Shown: positions 29,320-39,970, numbered from the stretch's first letter. The stretch is 64,000 bases of DNA from Synergistales bacterium (GCA_963666205.1 OY762654.1:1003220-1067219); one strand, 5' to 3'. Notes: a model not told the origin generated them from the letters alone. Numbers and translations: made by a program.

Positions 29320-30624
29320 TCATTCAACCATGTTCTTCCTGCGGTAGACCGGCAGTGCCGCCTCCCACATTCCCGGATGCTGTTTCCACAAAATAATACC
29401 CATAGCGACACATACCACACCGCCGCCCGCCAGGGTAAGGGGAGCACCGAACATGGAGGCCAGCCAGCCTGCGTTAAGGCTTCCAATGGGAGCGATCCCG
29501 AGTATGGAAACTATATATAGGCTCATCACCCTGCTCCTCTTGTTATCATCCACAAGGGTCTGGATGAAAGTATTGCATGAAACCATGGAGGATACCATGA
29601 AAAGTCCAACAAAGACCATGAGGAACATGGACAGTGCCAGGGACCTGGAAAGGGAAAAGAGGGATACGGAAATGCCGAAAAAGGACATGGAAAAGGCCAT
29701 GATCTTTCCAAGCCCCACAGGAGATCTTCTCAGGGCCAGACCGATAGACCCGGCAAGGGCTCCTATGCCGCTTGCGGCCATCAGAAAACCCAGGGTCTGG
29801 GGACCGCCACTGAGTATTTCTCTGGCAAAAACGGGTAAAAGGACGAGATAGGGGATACCGGCAAAACTTATAACCACCAGGGCTACAATGGTATTTCGAA
29901 TGGGAGAAAATCCCTTTACATAGACCAGTCCTTCCCTGAGCCCCTCAATGACCCTGCGGGGGGGACCGTCGCGATCTCCCCTGCATTCTCTAAGTTTCAT
30001 TATCATAAGAGCGGCAAGGGTGGCAAAATAGCTCAACCCGTTGATAACAAAACATACACCCTCTCCAAATGCCGCGATGGTAAGCCCTCCCAGTGAGGGA
30101 CCAAGGAGTCTGGCCACATTGAAAAGGGAAGAATTCAGGGCTATGGCATTACCAAGATCGTCGCTCTTATCAACAAGATGGACCACAAAGGCCTGCCGTG
30201 CCGGTATTTCAAAGGCATTTACCACACCCAGCAGGGAACTGAGAATAATGATATGCCAGTATTCCACCCGTCCTGACAGGGTAAGAAAAGCCAGGATAAA
30301 AGCATGGACCATACTCAGTCCCTGGCATAAAAATATCACCTTTTTAAGGTCCATCTTCTCAAGGACGACCCCTGCGAACATTCCCAGGAAAAAGACCGGG
30401 ATCTGGCCCACAAAATCCACCGCACCCAGCATGAATGCAGAATCGGTCAATCTGTAGACTAGCCAGCTCATGGCAACTCTCTGCATCCACAGGCCGCTCA
30501 GGGAGACTACCTCTCCCATAAAGAATATCCTGTAGTTTCTATGTTTCATTGCCCGAAGGAGATGATGGGCTCGAACTTTTTTAAGATTTAAAACATCTGG
30601 AGCAAATCGTCCTGACCATGACAT
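29320..30624 (-). CDS. MFS transporter (DHA3/EntS-like).
   Basis: The protein has about 12 TM helices. The N-terminus NYRIFFMGEVVSLSGLWMQRVAMSWLVYRLT is typical of the MFS_3 family. Confidence 0.8.
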   Translation of the reverse strand: MSWSGRFAPDVLNLKKVRAHHLLRAMKHRNYRIFFMGEVVSLSGLWMQRVAMSWLVYRLTDSAFMLGAVDFVGQIPVFFLGMFAGVVLEKMDLKKVIFLCQGLSMVHAFILAFLTLSGRVEYWHIIILSSLLGVVNAFEIPARQAFVVHLVDKSDDLGNAIALNSSLFNVARLLGPSLGGLTIAAFGEGVCFVINGLSYFATLAALMIMKLRECRGDRDGPPRRVIEGLREGLVYVKGFSPIRNTIVALVVISFAGIPYLVLLPVFAREILSGGPQTLGFLMAASGIGALAGSIGLALRRSPVGLGKIMAFSMSFFGISVSLFSLSRSLALSMFLMVFVGLFMVSSMVSCNTFIQTLVDDNKRSRVMSLYIVSILGIAPIGSLNAGWLASMFGAPLTLAGGGVVCVAMGIILWKQHPGMWEAALPVYRRKNMVE

Positions 30625-30655
30625 CCGGTATACCTATTCCTCTCCCTGTAAAGCT

Positions 30656-30689
30656 GAAGAGGGTTCCGAAACTGTCCGGAACCCTCTTC
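30656..30689 (-). terminator. Strong hairpin downstream of the protease gene; candidate terminator.
   Basis: GAAGAGGGTTCCG-N8-CGGAACCCTCTTC forms a 13-bp stem. The U-tract is weak. Confidence 0.45.
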
Positions 30690-30760
30690 TGAATTCATTC
30701 CTCTGAAGAAAATAAAGACTGGACCGGGCAGATATTCCCCTCAGGATCAGCTGCAGATCT

Positions 30761-31597
30761 TCAGTGCTCCTTTGTACCCGGAACCTTGGGGTAGGGCATG
30801 GGAATATACTGTACGGAAGGTCTGCCCTTCCCCGACTGGGGATAAAGGCTCATTATGTTGCATATGTGTCCATCCAGTTCCGTATTGACGGGAAGGCCTA
30901 TCTCCTTTGCCTCTTCGGGGGTGATGGGATAATCATGGGTCCAGCGGCCCTCGGTGAGCTTGGTGGCAATTTCCCTGGACTTATCCTCATCCATATTATC
31001 TATCAGGAGGTCAAAGACGAATTTGTTTGTCTGAACAATAGCCTTTCTTCCCACATCAGCAAGGATAAGGGTCTCGTCATCAATTTCTGCGATAGGCTTT
31101 TCCTCGACCACCTTTAGAATGGAAACGGCAGGGAACTGGCCTATCTGGGGATCCACCGGTCCGAGAACGGCATGTTTGTCCATGAGGATCTCGTCTGCAG
31201 CGAGGGCGATCAGGGTTCCCCCTGACATGGCATAATGGGGTACGACCACCGTCACCTTTGCAGGATGATCATTCAGGGCCTTGGCTATCTGTTCCGCTGC
31301 AAGGAGAAGTCCGCCTGGTGTATGGATTATCAGGTCTATGGGTGTATCATCGGAGGTCATACGTATAGCCCTTAGAACCTCTTCTGAATCTTCGATGTTT
31401 ATGTAATTGCGGGAAAACATTCCCAGGAATCCAACGCTTTCCTGCCTGTGGATAAGGGTTATTATCCGGCTTCCCCTGGTCTTTTCACAGGCTCTCAGGG
31501 CGGTGACCCTTCTATACTTCAGGATCAACTGGGTTAACTGGGGATAGATAAAGAAAAATATAAATAACAGGGGCCATATACTGAACTGCTGACTCAT
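30761..31597 (-). CDS. SDH-family ClpP-fold serine protease (SppA/NfeD-like), membrane-anchored.
   Basis: ITLIHRQE...PIDLIIHTPGGLLLAAEQIAKAL...VVVPHYAMSGGTLIALAADEILMDKHAVLGPVDPQ matches the SDH_sah-type family. Confidence 0.75.
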   Translation of the reverse strand: MSQQFSIWPLLFIFFFIYPQLTQLILKYRRVTALRACEKTRGSRIITLIHRQESVGFLGMFSRNYINIEDSEEVLRAIRMTSDDTPIDLIIHTPGGLLLAAEQIAKALNDHPAKVTVVVPHYAMSGGTLIALAADEILMDKHAVLGPVDPQIGQFPAVSILKVVEEKPIAEIDDETLILADVGRKAIVQTNKFVFDLLIDNMDEDKSREIATKLTEGRWTHDYPITPEEAKEIGLPVNTELDGHICNIMSLYPQSGKGRPSVQYIPMPYPKVPGTKEH

Positions 31598-31788
31598 GGA
31601 AACACCTCTCTCTGCTTCTGGAATGGAATAAAAGATTCATAGCAATTATAACCGCTGGCGGATAAAACTCACAGGGTTCAATTTTACTTTCGACTGCCAT
31701 TGAAAAAAAGACCGGGAATATTAAGGTATAATATGGAGAAGACTGTATCACTTTAAACAGATTTTCAGATGATCTCGAAAGGCTTAAA

Positions 31789-34700
31789 ATGACTGAAACC
31801 AAAAAACATCTTCCTGGAAAAAAGAAACTGCCCCTTTCGAGGGTCTTTAAATATTTACTGCTCTTCCTCCTTATCATTTCCCTTGGCCTGGCATTTTTTA
31901 TAAAGGACAGGGATATGGCCACCGGCATGATCACAAAGGCTATCATCAATGGTCTGGCTTCAGCCGGTTTTGATGGAAATATCGAAAGAGTGACTGGAAA
32001 CCCCTGGAAGGGATACCGTATAGAGGGACTGGACTTTGCTTCCGGGGATATCTTCAGTGCCTCCATCCGGACAATAGAGATCGATCTGGATCTGCTGAAG
32101 ATCTTCAACTGGGACCCCGTCGAAAAGATCGGTCTCTACGATTCAATGATAGATATCAGGGATCCCGCAAAACTGGCCCTTTTGAGATCGGAGCCATCCG
32201 GGAAAAAACTGCCCATCCCTCCCCTGCCCCTTGAGATCGAGAGTTTTGACGTCAGAATTCCAGGACATCAGGTCCTTGCTGACAGGGGCAGTATATTATA
32301 TTCCTCAAGGGCGATAGACATGGACATCTCCGGCAGAGTTGACACCCTGCCCTGGAAGATGGGAACAGTTCTTGAAATGGGAGACAGGATCCATCTCGCC
32401 AAAGGCATGTTCGACCTGGGGGCAGAAGGAAGGATCATCCTTTCGGGTGACATAAGTCCCTTAATGGATATAACCGGGACTGTGGAGAGTCTTGACCTCT
32501 ACGCCCTCAGCAGCCTGGATAAAAGATTTATGGATGCAAGGGGGATCTTCAGTTCCACCCTCTACGGAAAGGGAACTCCGAGTGAACCCGAGGCTGGAGG
32601 GACATTTTCCCTGGCAGGAGGCGAAATAGGAGGAAGGTCAATGGGATCCATATCCGGCCGATGGTCCTTTGCTGAGAATACCTTCAGAATTGATGAGATG
32701 GTCAATGAGATCCTGGGAAGCAGGATCGAAGGGGACCTTTCCATAAACACAGAGGGAGAACTGAAGCTAAAGGCACAGGGCAGGGACCTGGACCTGTCAA
32801 AAGCACAAGAACTGAAAATGGCCATCCCCGAAATGAATGGCAGGATAGACACCCTCCAGCTGAACCTGTCCGGGAAACTTCCCTGGCTGACTGGAAGAGT
32901 GGATCTTGTTTCAGGCGGTTTTTCAGTTTCGGCACAGAAATTCGATTCAATGAACCTCAATATCCTTCTGGAAGGAAAGAAGATCCTTCTGGATTCATCC
33001 CTCTCCTGGTCAGGAACCAGGGCACAGGCCGGTGGGACCCTGGACCTGTCGAAAGAACCAGCTCTGGAGTTCAGCCTCAAGGCCCCGGTCATTGACCTTG
33101 CAATTCTGCCAAAGATGGCACCGTCACTCTCTGCACTGGAACCTGAGGGGTCCATGGCCTTATCCCTGGAGGTCCGGGGCAGTATCAGGGATCCAGACAT
33201 AAAGGGATCCCTTTCATCAAGGAAATTCAGTATAAGGAAGGAACCCATTGAAGATCTCAGCCTCTCCTTTTCGGTAGTTAAGGGAACTCTGAACATGGAC
33301 AGGCTATATGCAAAAATGCTGGGAGGAGAATTAACGGGCAGGGGGGAAATACTGGACATATTCGCATCTCCCCTTCTGGATCTCGGGGTCTACGGTAAAG
33401 ACCTGGACCTTGAAAGGGCATCCCGTCTTGTTCCGTCCCCGCCTGAAGATCTGGGCGGAAGAGCCGATCTTGAGGCCCATATCCGCGGCTCCCTTGAGAA
33501 CCCCCTCATTGAAGGCACTTTACAGGGCAGACAGTTTAGAATGGGAGACCTCGTAAGAGTCGAAACAATAGATGCAAAGGTGTCGAAAAAAGGTCAGGAA
33601 GAACCTGTTCTCGAGATATCCACCCCCCTCGCCACAATAAGCGATGTGGTCCTGCAGGATGTAAATGCCAGCATTTCATGGAAGGCACCTGACCTGATAA
33701 TACAGAATATCAGCACTTCCATTCTTGACGGGGAATTTTCAGCCGCTGGCAGGATCATTACAGCACCCTCTCCCCTTCTTGATCTCCAGGCTTCCTTCGA
33801 GAACCTGGAACTGGAGGATCTTCCCTTTGCTGGCCTTCCTGAAACAGAGGGGACTACGAAGGGAACTCTCACCATAAAAGGGCCTCCCTCCGACCCGGAA
33901 ATTTCTTTCCAGGCATTATCTCCCCTTGTCTCTTCCGGCTGTGCTGAGCTGAGGTCCATAGATCTCAGGGGAAACGCTTCCAGAAAAAAAATAGACATAA
34001 CCAGTGTCAGTGCAAAGGTGGGAGAAGGCCTCCTGAAGGGAGGTATGTCCCTCATTCTCCTGGAGAAAGGGACAGATATCTATTTCAATCTTGCAGGCAG
34101 CGGACTGGACCTTGCCTATCTGCTTCCCGGGGAGGATGGATCCTGCCCGGTGGATATTTCCGGCAATATAGACCTGCAGATCCAGGGAGATTTTACGAAG
34201 GGTAAATTGAACGGTGAGGGAGATATCAGTTCCCAGGCTCTGGTTATTCAGAACTTTGCCCTGGAGAGCATGGATATTCCCCTGGACATCACCGCGAACA
34301 AAGCAGAGATAAAGGGAATGAAGATAAGTGCTTTCGGAGGAACCCTGTCCGGTGATCTCTCCCTGAACTTCGACGACCTCCAGTGGAACTCATCCTTTGA
34401 AGGGGCAGATCTGGATCTTGCCAGGGCAATGGACACCATTCCGGCCCTTTCAAAGAAACTCACGGGAAAAACCTTTTTTGATGTTAAATTCAAGGGAAAG
34501 GGTTTCAATCCTTACAACCTTTTCGGATACGGTCTTCTTGAAATAAGGGAAGGGGACATAGGAGACATCCCGGCTATAAAGGCCGCCGCCGCTACAGCAG
34601 GGGAAGAGAGGATCAGGTTTCAGAGGCTGAGAAGCAACTTCCTTGCAGACGGTTTCGGTCTTACCATCCTTGGAGGAAGCCGGGTGGAAGCCCCCCGGAA

Positions 34701-35172
34701 ATATCCTCTCTATAGGCAGATAGAAATGGATGGGAACATACAGTACGACGGAGATCTGGATCTGAAGGGAGCTGCAGAAGTGAATATCCAGGCTTTCAAT
34801 GCCTTCATGGGAACCCTGCAGATAGCATTGAAAACAGTCCTCTCCCAGGGAGACCTGGTTCAGGACATCCTGGGAAGCCTCACCGGAATAGGACGAAAGG
34901 ACTTTCGGACCATAAACTTTGAAATAGGAGGGAACAGGACCTCTCCCGAGATAAAGAAGCTGGAAGTTGAGGGCGGTCAGGAATACCTGAGCAACCTCCT
35001 GGATATGGAAGACTCCGACAAGGACAGGCAAAAGGTCGACAACAGGCAGATCACCATAAAACTTAATTTCCCGGTCGGCCCCGGGGGCAGTAAAAAAGAC
35101 GATGAAACGGGTGAGCAGCTGCAGGAACAGTTCCTTGAAGGAATACTTAAAAACCTCTTCCCCAAGGAATAA
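31789..35172 (+). CDS. Large AsmA/TamB-like membrane-anchored protein (1127 aa).
   Basis: A single N-terminal TM (YLLLFLLIISLGLAFFI) is followed by about 1000 aa of repetitive beta-rich sequence with recurrent DL.L.G motifs. This is TamB-like architecture. The family call rests on architecture, not on a motif match. Confidence 0.55.
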   Translation: MTETKKHLPGKKKLPLSRVFKYLLLFLLIISLGLAFFIKDRDMATGMITKAIINGLASAGFDGNIERVTGNPWKGYRIEGLDFASGDIFSASIRTIEIDLDLLKIFNWDPVEKIGLYDSMIDIRDPAKLALLRSEPSGKKLPIPPLPLEIESFDVRIPGHQVLADRGSILYSSRAIDMDISGRVDTLPWKMGTVLEMGDRIHLAKGMFDLGAEGRIILSGDISPLMDITGTVESLDLYALSSLDKRFMDARGIFSSTLYGKGTPSEPEAGGTFSLAGGEIGGRSMGSISGRWSFAENTFRIDEMVNEILGSRIEGDLSINTEGELKLKAQGRDLDLSKAQELKMAIPEMNGRIDTLQLNLSGKLPWLTGRVDLVSGGFSVSAQKFDSMNLNILLEGKKILLDSSLSWSGTRAQAGGTLDLSKEPALEFSLKAPVIDLAILPKMAPSLSALEPEGSMALSLEVRGSIRDPDIKGSLSSRKFSIRKEPIEDLSLSFSVVKGTLNMDRLYAKMLGGELTGRGEILDIFASPLLDLGVYGKDLDLERASRLVPSPPEDLGGRADLEAHIRGSLENPLIEGTLQGRQFRMGDLVRVETIDAKVSKKGQEEPVLEISTPLATISDVVLQDVNASISWKAPDLIIQNISTSILDGEFSAAGRIITAPSPLLDLQASFENLELEDLPFAGLPETEGTTKGTLTIKGPPSDPEISFQALSPLVSSGCAELRSIDLRGNASRKKIDITSVSAKVGEGLLKGGMSLILLEKGTDIYFNLAGSGLDLAYLLPGEDGSCPVDISGNIDLQIQGDFTKGKLNGEGDISSQALVIQNFALESMDIPLDITANKAEIKGMKISAFGGTLSGDLSLNFDDLQWNSSFEGADLDLARAMDTIPALSKKLTGKTFFDVKFKGKGFNPYNLFGYGLLEIREGDIGDIPAIKAAAATAGEERIRFQRLRSNFLADGFGLTILGGSRVEAPRKYPLYRQIEMDGNIQYDGDLDLKGAAEVNIQAFNAFMGTLQIALKTVLSQGDLVQDILGSLTGIGRKDFRTINFEIGGNRTSPEIKKLEVEGGQEYLSNLLDMEDSDKDRQKVDNRQITIKLNFPVGPGGSKKDDETGEQLQEQFLEGILKNLFPKE

Positions 35173-35204
35173 TTTCCACACCTCTTTATACAATAAATGA
35201 GAAA

Positions 35205-35230
35205 GGGCCGCTTCGTAACTGAAGCGGCCC
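35205..35230 (-). terminator. Terminator hairpin between the convergent tamB-like gene and kamA.
   Basis: GGGCCGCTTC-N6-GAAGCGGCCC. On the minus strand it is followed by TTTCTCATTTATT. Confidence 0.55.
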
Positions 35231-35261
35231 CGGATATATACAGACACAGAAGCTTGAACAG

Positions 35262-36539
35262 TTATTTTTTGTTCCTTTCGTGACGGTCGAGATGGGATGG
35301 TTCGAGGGAAAGTTCCTGGCCATTGAAGAGTTTGATCAGTCCCTCGTTGGACAGACTCTTCTGGCGCGCAACATATTCTTCGTGGTGATAAAGTTCTTCA
35401 GGCCTGCTCAGGTTATCCTCAGGCTCCTTGTAGGTGGTAATGACACCCTCGTAATTCCTTAGAAGGACCGTCCTGTCTGATCTGGACACGATGTAGTTGG
35501 GCATTACAGGGATCTTGCCCCCGCCGCCTGGAGCATCCACTATGAAATAAGGTACAGCAAGGCCTGATGTGTGGCCCCTGAGGAACTCGATTATCTCGAT
35601 GCCCTTGCCGATGGAGGTCCGGAAGTGCTCGATTCCCTCGGAAAGGTCACACTGGTAAATGTAGTAGGGTCTTACCCTTATTTTCAGCAGCTGCTGATTC
35701 AGTTCCCTGAAGATGAGGGGACAGTCGTTGACGCCCTTAAGAAGAACCGACTGGTTTCCGAGGGGCACTCCCGCATCTGCCAGCATATTGCATGCCCTTG
35801 TGGATTCCGGAGTTATTTCCTTGGGATGGTTGAAATGGACATTGATCCATATGGGATGATATTTTTTAAGCATATTGCACAGCTTCTCCGTCACTCTCTG
35901 GGGACATACCACTGGAGTTCTTGTCCCGATGCGTACAAAATCAACATGGGGAATGGCTGAAAGTTCTGCGATGGTCCATTCAAGAAGGTCTTCATCGATG
36001 GTGAATGGATCTCCTCCTGAGAGGAGTACATCCCGGAAGGTGGGTGTATTTTTCACATATTCAATGCATTTAGCGATCTGTTCCTGAGAATATGCCCTGT
36101 CAGTTTCTCCCGCATGTCTTCTTCTCGTACAGTGCCTGCAGTACATGGAACACTGGTCAGTAACAAGGAGAAGCCCCCTGTCGGGATAACGGTGGGTCAG
36201 TCCTGGCACGGGAGAATCCACATCCTCATGTAGGGGATCGCAAATGTCCGAATCTGCTATATGAGTTTCTGAAACCGTCGGGACAGCCTGCATGCGCACA
36301 GGACAGGCGGGATCATCCGGATCCATGAGGGAAGCATAATATGGAGTTATGGCCATACGGAGCCTGTTCAGGCTTTTATCGATGACCCCTGCCTCTTCAT
36401 CTGAAATATTGATTACCTGCCTGAGTTTCTCCACAGAGGTTATCCTGTTGGCTATCTGCCATTTCCAGCTGTTCCAGTCTTCATCTGAAACATCCTTCCA
36501 TATGGGTACTGACCGCCTGTCTCGATATTTCTGCATCAT
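35262..36539 (-). CDS. kamA: L-lysine 2,3-aminomutase (KamA family radical SAM).
   Basis: The CSMYCRHCTRRR cluster motif and the PYYASLMDPDDPACPVRMQ and VLLSGGDP motifs are present. The size is 425 aa. Confidence 0.9.
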   Translation of the reverse strand: MMQKYRDRRSVPIWKDVSDEDWNSWKWQIANRITSVEKLRQVINISDEEAGVIDKSLNRLRMAITPYYASLMDPDDPACPVRMQAVPTVSETHIADSDICDPLHEDVDSPVPGLTHRYPDRGLLLVTDQCSMYCRHCTRRRHAGETDRAYSQEQIAKCIEYVKNTPTFRDVLLSGGDPFTIDEDLLEWTIAELSAIPHVDFVRIGTRTPVVCPQRVTEKLCNMLKKYHPIWINVHFNHPKEITPESTRACNMLADAGVPLGNQSVLLKGVNDCPLIFRELNQQLLKIRVRPYYIYQCDLSEGIEHFRTSIGKGIEIIEFLRGHTSGLAVPYFIVDAPGGGGKIPVMPNYIVSRSDRTVLLRNYEGVITTYKEPEDNLSRPEELYHHEEYVARQKSLSNEGLIKLFNGQELSLEPSHLDRHERNKK

Positions 36540-36771
36540 ACTTTCCTCCCCTGTATTCTATGAAATATAATTTTATGCGGTTTGCAAAACTTGTTCAGAA
36601 TAATCTTAACACAAAGAATTGTACCTATTTCCACGGATTCCAATGACACATTCATACAAACTCACCAGTGCTGATCGTTCAAGTCCAGATCATCCTCGAT
36701 CTGATATGATCATATCAACACGGAGGGGACCATTAATATAACAAAATACTAAAAATAAAGGGGGAACCCCT

Positions 36772-38352
36772 ATGTATTATAAAGACCTTCTTATCTCCGG
36801 CGGAACCATTCTTACAGGAGACCCCGAAACTCCACTGGCAGGATCAATTCTCATCTCAGGAAACAGGATAGCCTCCATAGGCAGTTCCCATGAAGTGAAC
36901 TGTCATCCGGGAGCAGAACAGGCCCTGAAGATCGATCTGGGCGGGAACACCCTTATTCCGGGGCTCACGGATTCCCATCTCCACCTGGCTTCAGTGGCAA
37001 AACAGATGGAGGCCCTTTCGTTGAAAGAAGCATCATCCCTGGAGGAGATGCTGGAGATCATAAGAGAGAAAGCATCCCGTATCAACCCAGGGGATTGGAT
37101 ATACGGAGTGAGATTCGATGACTCTTCATGGCCCGAGAAAAGGCTTCCCAGCAGACAGGATCTCGACGGACTGAACCTGGATAACCCAGTGATACTGGTA
37201 AGGGTCTGTGCCCATATTCATGTGGCCAACTCTATTGCTCTTAAAAAGGTCAGCCTTCCTGCTAATATAGATGTCCTTTATGAAGACCAGGCATCAAAGA
37301 TAACGGAAATGATTCAGCTTCAGATGTACGATCGCGACAGGATGAAAGATGCCATCCACCGCACATGCCTGAAACTGGCATCACAGGGTCTGACCTGTGT
37401 CCACACATGCGGATGCAGTTCCTACGGGCTCGAGGAAGATATGGATATATACCGGGAACTGAAAAAAGAGGGAAAACTTCCCCTTAGAGTGGTCTATTAC
37501 AATGATGAACTCCCCGAACCCGGCCTGGAGAGCGGGGATGGAGACGACTGGATCCGCTACGGAGGTTACAAGATGTTCCTTGACGGCTCCCTGGGAGGAC
37601 GAACTGCAGCCCTCACCCTGCCCTATGAGGATCATCCCGGCAACATGGGTGTCCTCAACCATACTGCCGCAGAGGTCAGGGAACGTATGCTGGAAATGCA
37701 CTCGAGAAATATTCAGGTCCAGGTCCATGCCATTGGCGATGCTGCCATTGACCAGTTCATAGAAGCCCTGGAATATGCCTATGCCCATGGACCCCGGAGC
37801 AGTTCCAGCCTTCGTCACAGGATCGTCCATGCGCAGGTATGCCGCCCCGAACAGGTGGTGTCTCTCCGAAAACTGGAGGCCATTTGCGACATCCAGCCAG
37901 GTTTTGTACCCAGCGACATAGACATAGCCCGCCAGAGACTCGGGAAGGAAAGGGAACCCTGGGCCTACGCCTGGAAGGACTTTCTGAAAGCAGGCCTTCT
38001 ACTCACCGGATCCAGCGATGCCCCCGTAGAATCCACGGACCCCTTCCGGGGGATCTGGGCAGCCATGAACAGGACAGACGATAATGGATCTCCCGAGGGC
38101 GGATGGAGGCCGGAACAGAAACTCACTCTGGAGGAAACGCTGCCCCTCTTCACCTCCAACCCATGGAAGGCCATTGGCCTTTCCTCCCCCTTCGGTATGC
38201 TGAAGAAGGGTTATGCTGCCGACCTTGTCATTCTCGACAGGGATATAACAATTGCACCGCCCCATACATTAAGGAATGTAAAGCCTCTCCTCACCATGGT
38301 GGGCGGCACTGTAAGCTACGGGAAACTGGAGGGATGGCCCTCCATCCTATAA
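36772..38352 (+). CDS. Amidohydrolase family protein (Amidohydro_3 / YtcJ-like metal-dependent hydrolase).
   Basis: PGLTDSHLHL, VHAIGDAAID and SSDAPVE are metal-ligand motifs. Confidence 0.8.
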   Translation: MYYKDLLISGGTILTGDPETPLAGSILISGNRIASIGSSHEVNCHPGAEQALKIDLGGNTLIPGLTDSHLHLASVAKQMEALSLKEASSLEEMLEIIREKASRINPGDWIYGVRFDDSSWPEKRLPSRQDLDGLNLDNPVILVRVCAHIHVANSIALKKVSLPANIDVLYEDQASKITEMIQLQMYDRDRMKDAIHRTCLKLASQGLTCVHTCGCSSYGLEEDMDIYRELKKEGKLPLRVVYYNDELPEPGLESGDGDDWIRYGGYKMFLDGSLGGRTAALTLPYEDHPGNMGVLNHTAAEVRERMLEMHSRNIQVQVHAIGDAAIDQFIEALEYAYAHGPRSSSSLRHRIVHAQVCRPEQVVSLRKLEAICDIQPGFVPSDIDIARQRLGKEREPWAYAWKDFLKAGLLLTGSSDAPVESTDPFRGIWAAMNRTDDNGSPEGGWRPEQKLTLEETLPLFTSNPWKAIGLSSPFGMLKKGYAADLVILDRDITIAPPHTLRNVKPLLTMVGGTVSYGKLEGWPSIL

Positions 38353-39369
38353 AGACAGGTCCCCCGCCTTGATCAGTCCCTTTTTCCTCATATACTCGGA
38401 AAAGAACAGGGTGAGAAGGGCGGGGAGAACAAAATGAAGAAGGATAATGCCCGTCCACGCCTTTGAACCCATAACGGCAAGGGTGCCGAACTGCCCAACC
38501 AGACCACTGGTGCCCATTCCCGCTCCTATCTTGTTATTCTCCATCCTGAAAAGCAGGGTGGCAAAGGGGCCCAGTATGGCCGAACTCAAGGTCGGCGGTA
38601 CCCATATCCAGGGATTTTTCACGATATTGGGGATCTGGATCATTGAAGTGCCAAGGCCCTGGGATATAAGACCTCCCGGCCCATTTTCACGATAGCTCTG
38701 AACGGCAAAACCGATCATCTGGCATGAACAGCCCACCGTGGCCGCACCGGCGGCCAGACCGCTCAGTCCAAGGGAAATGGCCAGGGCCGCACTGCTTATG
38801 GGAAGGGTGAGGATCATCCCCATCATCACCGAAACGAGGATACCCATGGGCAGTGGGTGGAGCCTGGTGGCCATGTTTATCACGTTTCCCAGGAAATACA
38901 TGAGATCCGCTATCCACGGCCCGGCATATATACCGGCCAATCCCCCTGCGAGAATCGTTCCCGCTGGCACCAGGACTATATCCACCTTGGTCCTCCCCCG
39001 TATAAGCTTTGATATCTCTGCTCCTGTAAGTGAAGCTATAAGGGCCCCCATGGGCTCGCCTATATGGAGAGTGGGTGCACCTCCACCAAGACCTATGGTA
39101 CCCGCTCCAATGGCTCCCGTGATTATGGAAGCGAATATTCCCAGGGGTGAAGCGCCCACGCTGTAGGCAACACCGGCACCTATGGCAGGACCCATCATGT
39201 ACTGGGCAACCTGGCCAAAGGAAGCGGCCATCTCGAAACCGGTGTAATTTGCTATCTGTTTTATTATCAGGCCGATGATAAGTGAAGAAAAAAGGCCAAG
39301 GGCCATTCCATTCAGAACCTTTACTACGTAATCCTGTATATCAAGGGGTTTAACTGTTTTGCCGGACAT
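38347..39369 (-). CDS. PTS_EIIC_2 / PfoR-like polytopic membrane protein (candidate transporter).
   Basis: A Gly/Ala-rich, multi-TM protein of 340 aa. LNGMALGLFSSLIIGLIIKQI resembles the stand-alone EIIC-like (COG3641-type) family. It lies 79 nt downstream of niaR. Confidence 0.55.
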   Translation of the reverse strand: MSGKTVKPLDIQDYVVKVLNGMALGLFSSLIIGLIIKQIANYTGFEMAASFGQVAQYMMGPAIGAGVAYSVGASPLGIFASIITGAIGAGTIGLGGGAPTLHIGEPMGALIASLTGAEISKLIRGRTKVDIVLVPAGTILAGGLAGIYAGPWIADLMYFLGNVINMATRLHPLPMGILVSVMMGMILTLPISSAALAISLGLSGLAAGAATVGCSCQMIGFAVQSYRENGPGGLISQGLGTSMIQIPNIVKNPWIWVPPTLSSAILGPFATLLFRMENNKIGAGMGTSGLVGQFGTLAVMGSKAWTGIILLHFVLPALLTLFFSEYMRKKGLIKAGDLSL

Positions 39370-39448
39370 GAGGACCTCCTCGGGAATATAAATGACTTTA
39401 CAGCTGTCTTGTCACCAGCAGCTAAAAAAATATACCAGTCCGCAGGGT

Positions 39449-39970
39449 TTATATCAAGTAGTTTCTTTTTTTCAGTTCCCGAAGAATACGTTCATAGGTT
39501 TCCTCATCGGGAACTTCAATGGTGTGAAGATGCAGACCCTCCGTGAGGGATGAAAGAGGTTCTGCCCTGTCTTCCCTGACCTTCTTCATGAACTGTTCCA
39601 CATCATACCTTGTGGCCACCATGAGGTTTCCCCTTATCTCCCCGTATACTGGATGCTCCACTATCACATCGAGGATCTTTCCTCCATTGTCCACGATGGT
39701 GACAAGTTCCCCTTCAATGGAATCCACCCCTTCATGTTTCGTTACAATGGTCTTTCTGAGAGAAACGCTCTCCCTGGAAGGGGTAACGAAGTAGCCCGTG
39801 GGAGTGGCTATGATAGCCTCGCCGGAAGCCCTGAGGACAGCGATATCCTGGACGATCACCTGTCTGCTCACATTGAAGATCTCTGCAAGCTCTATACCCT
39901 TAATGCACCCGCCCCTGGTTTTCAGCAGCTCCATTATGGAAACTCTACGCTCATCCGAAGTCACGGTCAT
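39449..39970 (-). CDS. niaR: NiaR (YrxA)-type transcriptional repressor of NAD metabolism (HTH_11 + 3H domain).
   Basis: The N-terminal HTH (RRVSIMELLKTRGGCIKGIELAEIFNVSRQVIVQDIAVLRASG) is followed by a 3H-domain pattern (HEG...EHPVYGEI...LHLHTI). Confidence 0.8.
   Translation of the reverse strand: MTVTSDERRVSIMELLKTRGGCIKGIELAEIFNVSRQVIVQDIAVLRASGEAIIATPTGYFVTPSRESVSLRKTIVTKHEGVDSIEGELVTIVDNGGKILDVIVEHPVYGEIRGNLMVATRYDVEQFMKKVREDRAEPLSSLTEGLHLHTIEVPDEETYERILRELKKRNYLI

Noticed and set aside
28657-29396. Short ORFs from the track that lie entirely inside repeat arrays. Examples: 28657..28920, 28807..29103, 29048..29239, 29190..29396, 41136..41444, 41225..41434, 42665..42895, 43289..43495, 43403..43699, 47517..47780, 47659..47868, 48528..48755, 48597..48812, 49554..49931, 49954..50235, 50096..50344, 51378..51569, 51424..51681, 52126..52323, 55805..56095.
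   Set aside because: Their similarity to each other is at the nucleotide level and spans all frames and both strands. Lengths, starts and stops are not conserved between copies, and most lack an RBS. They are best explained as translated repeat DNA.
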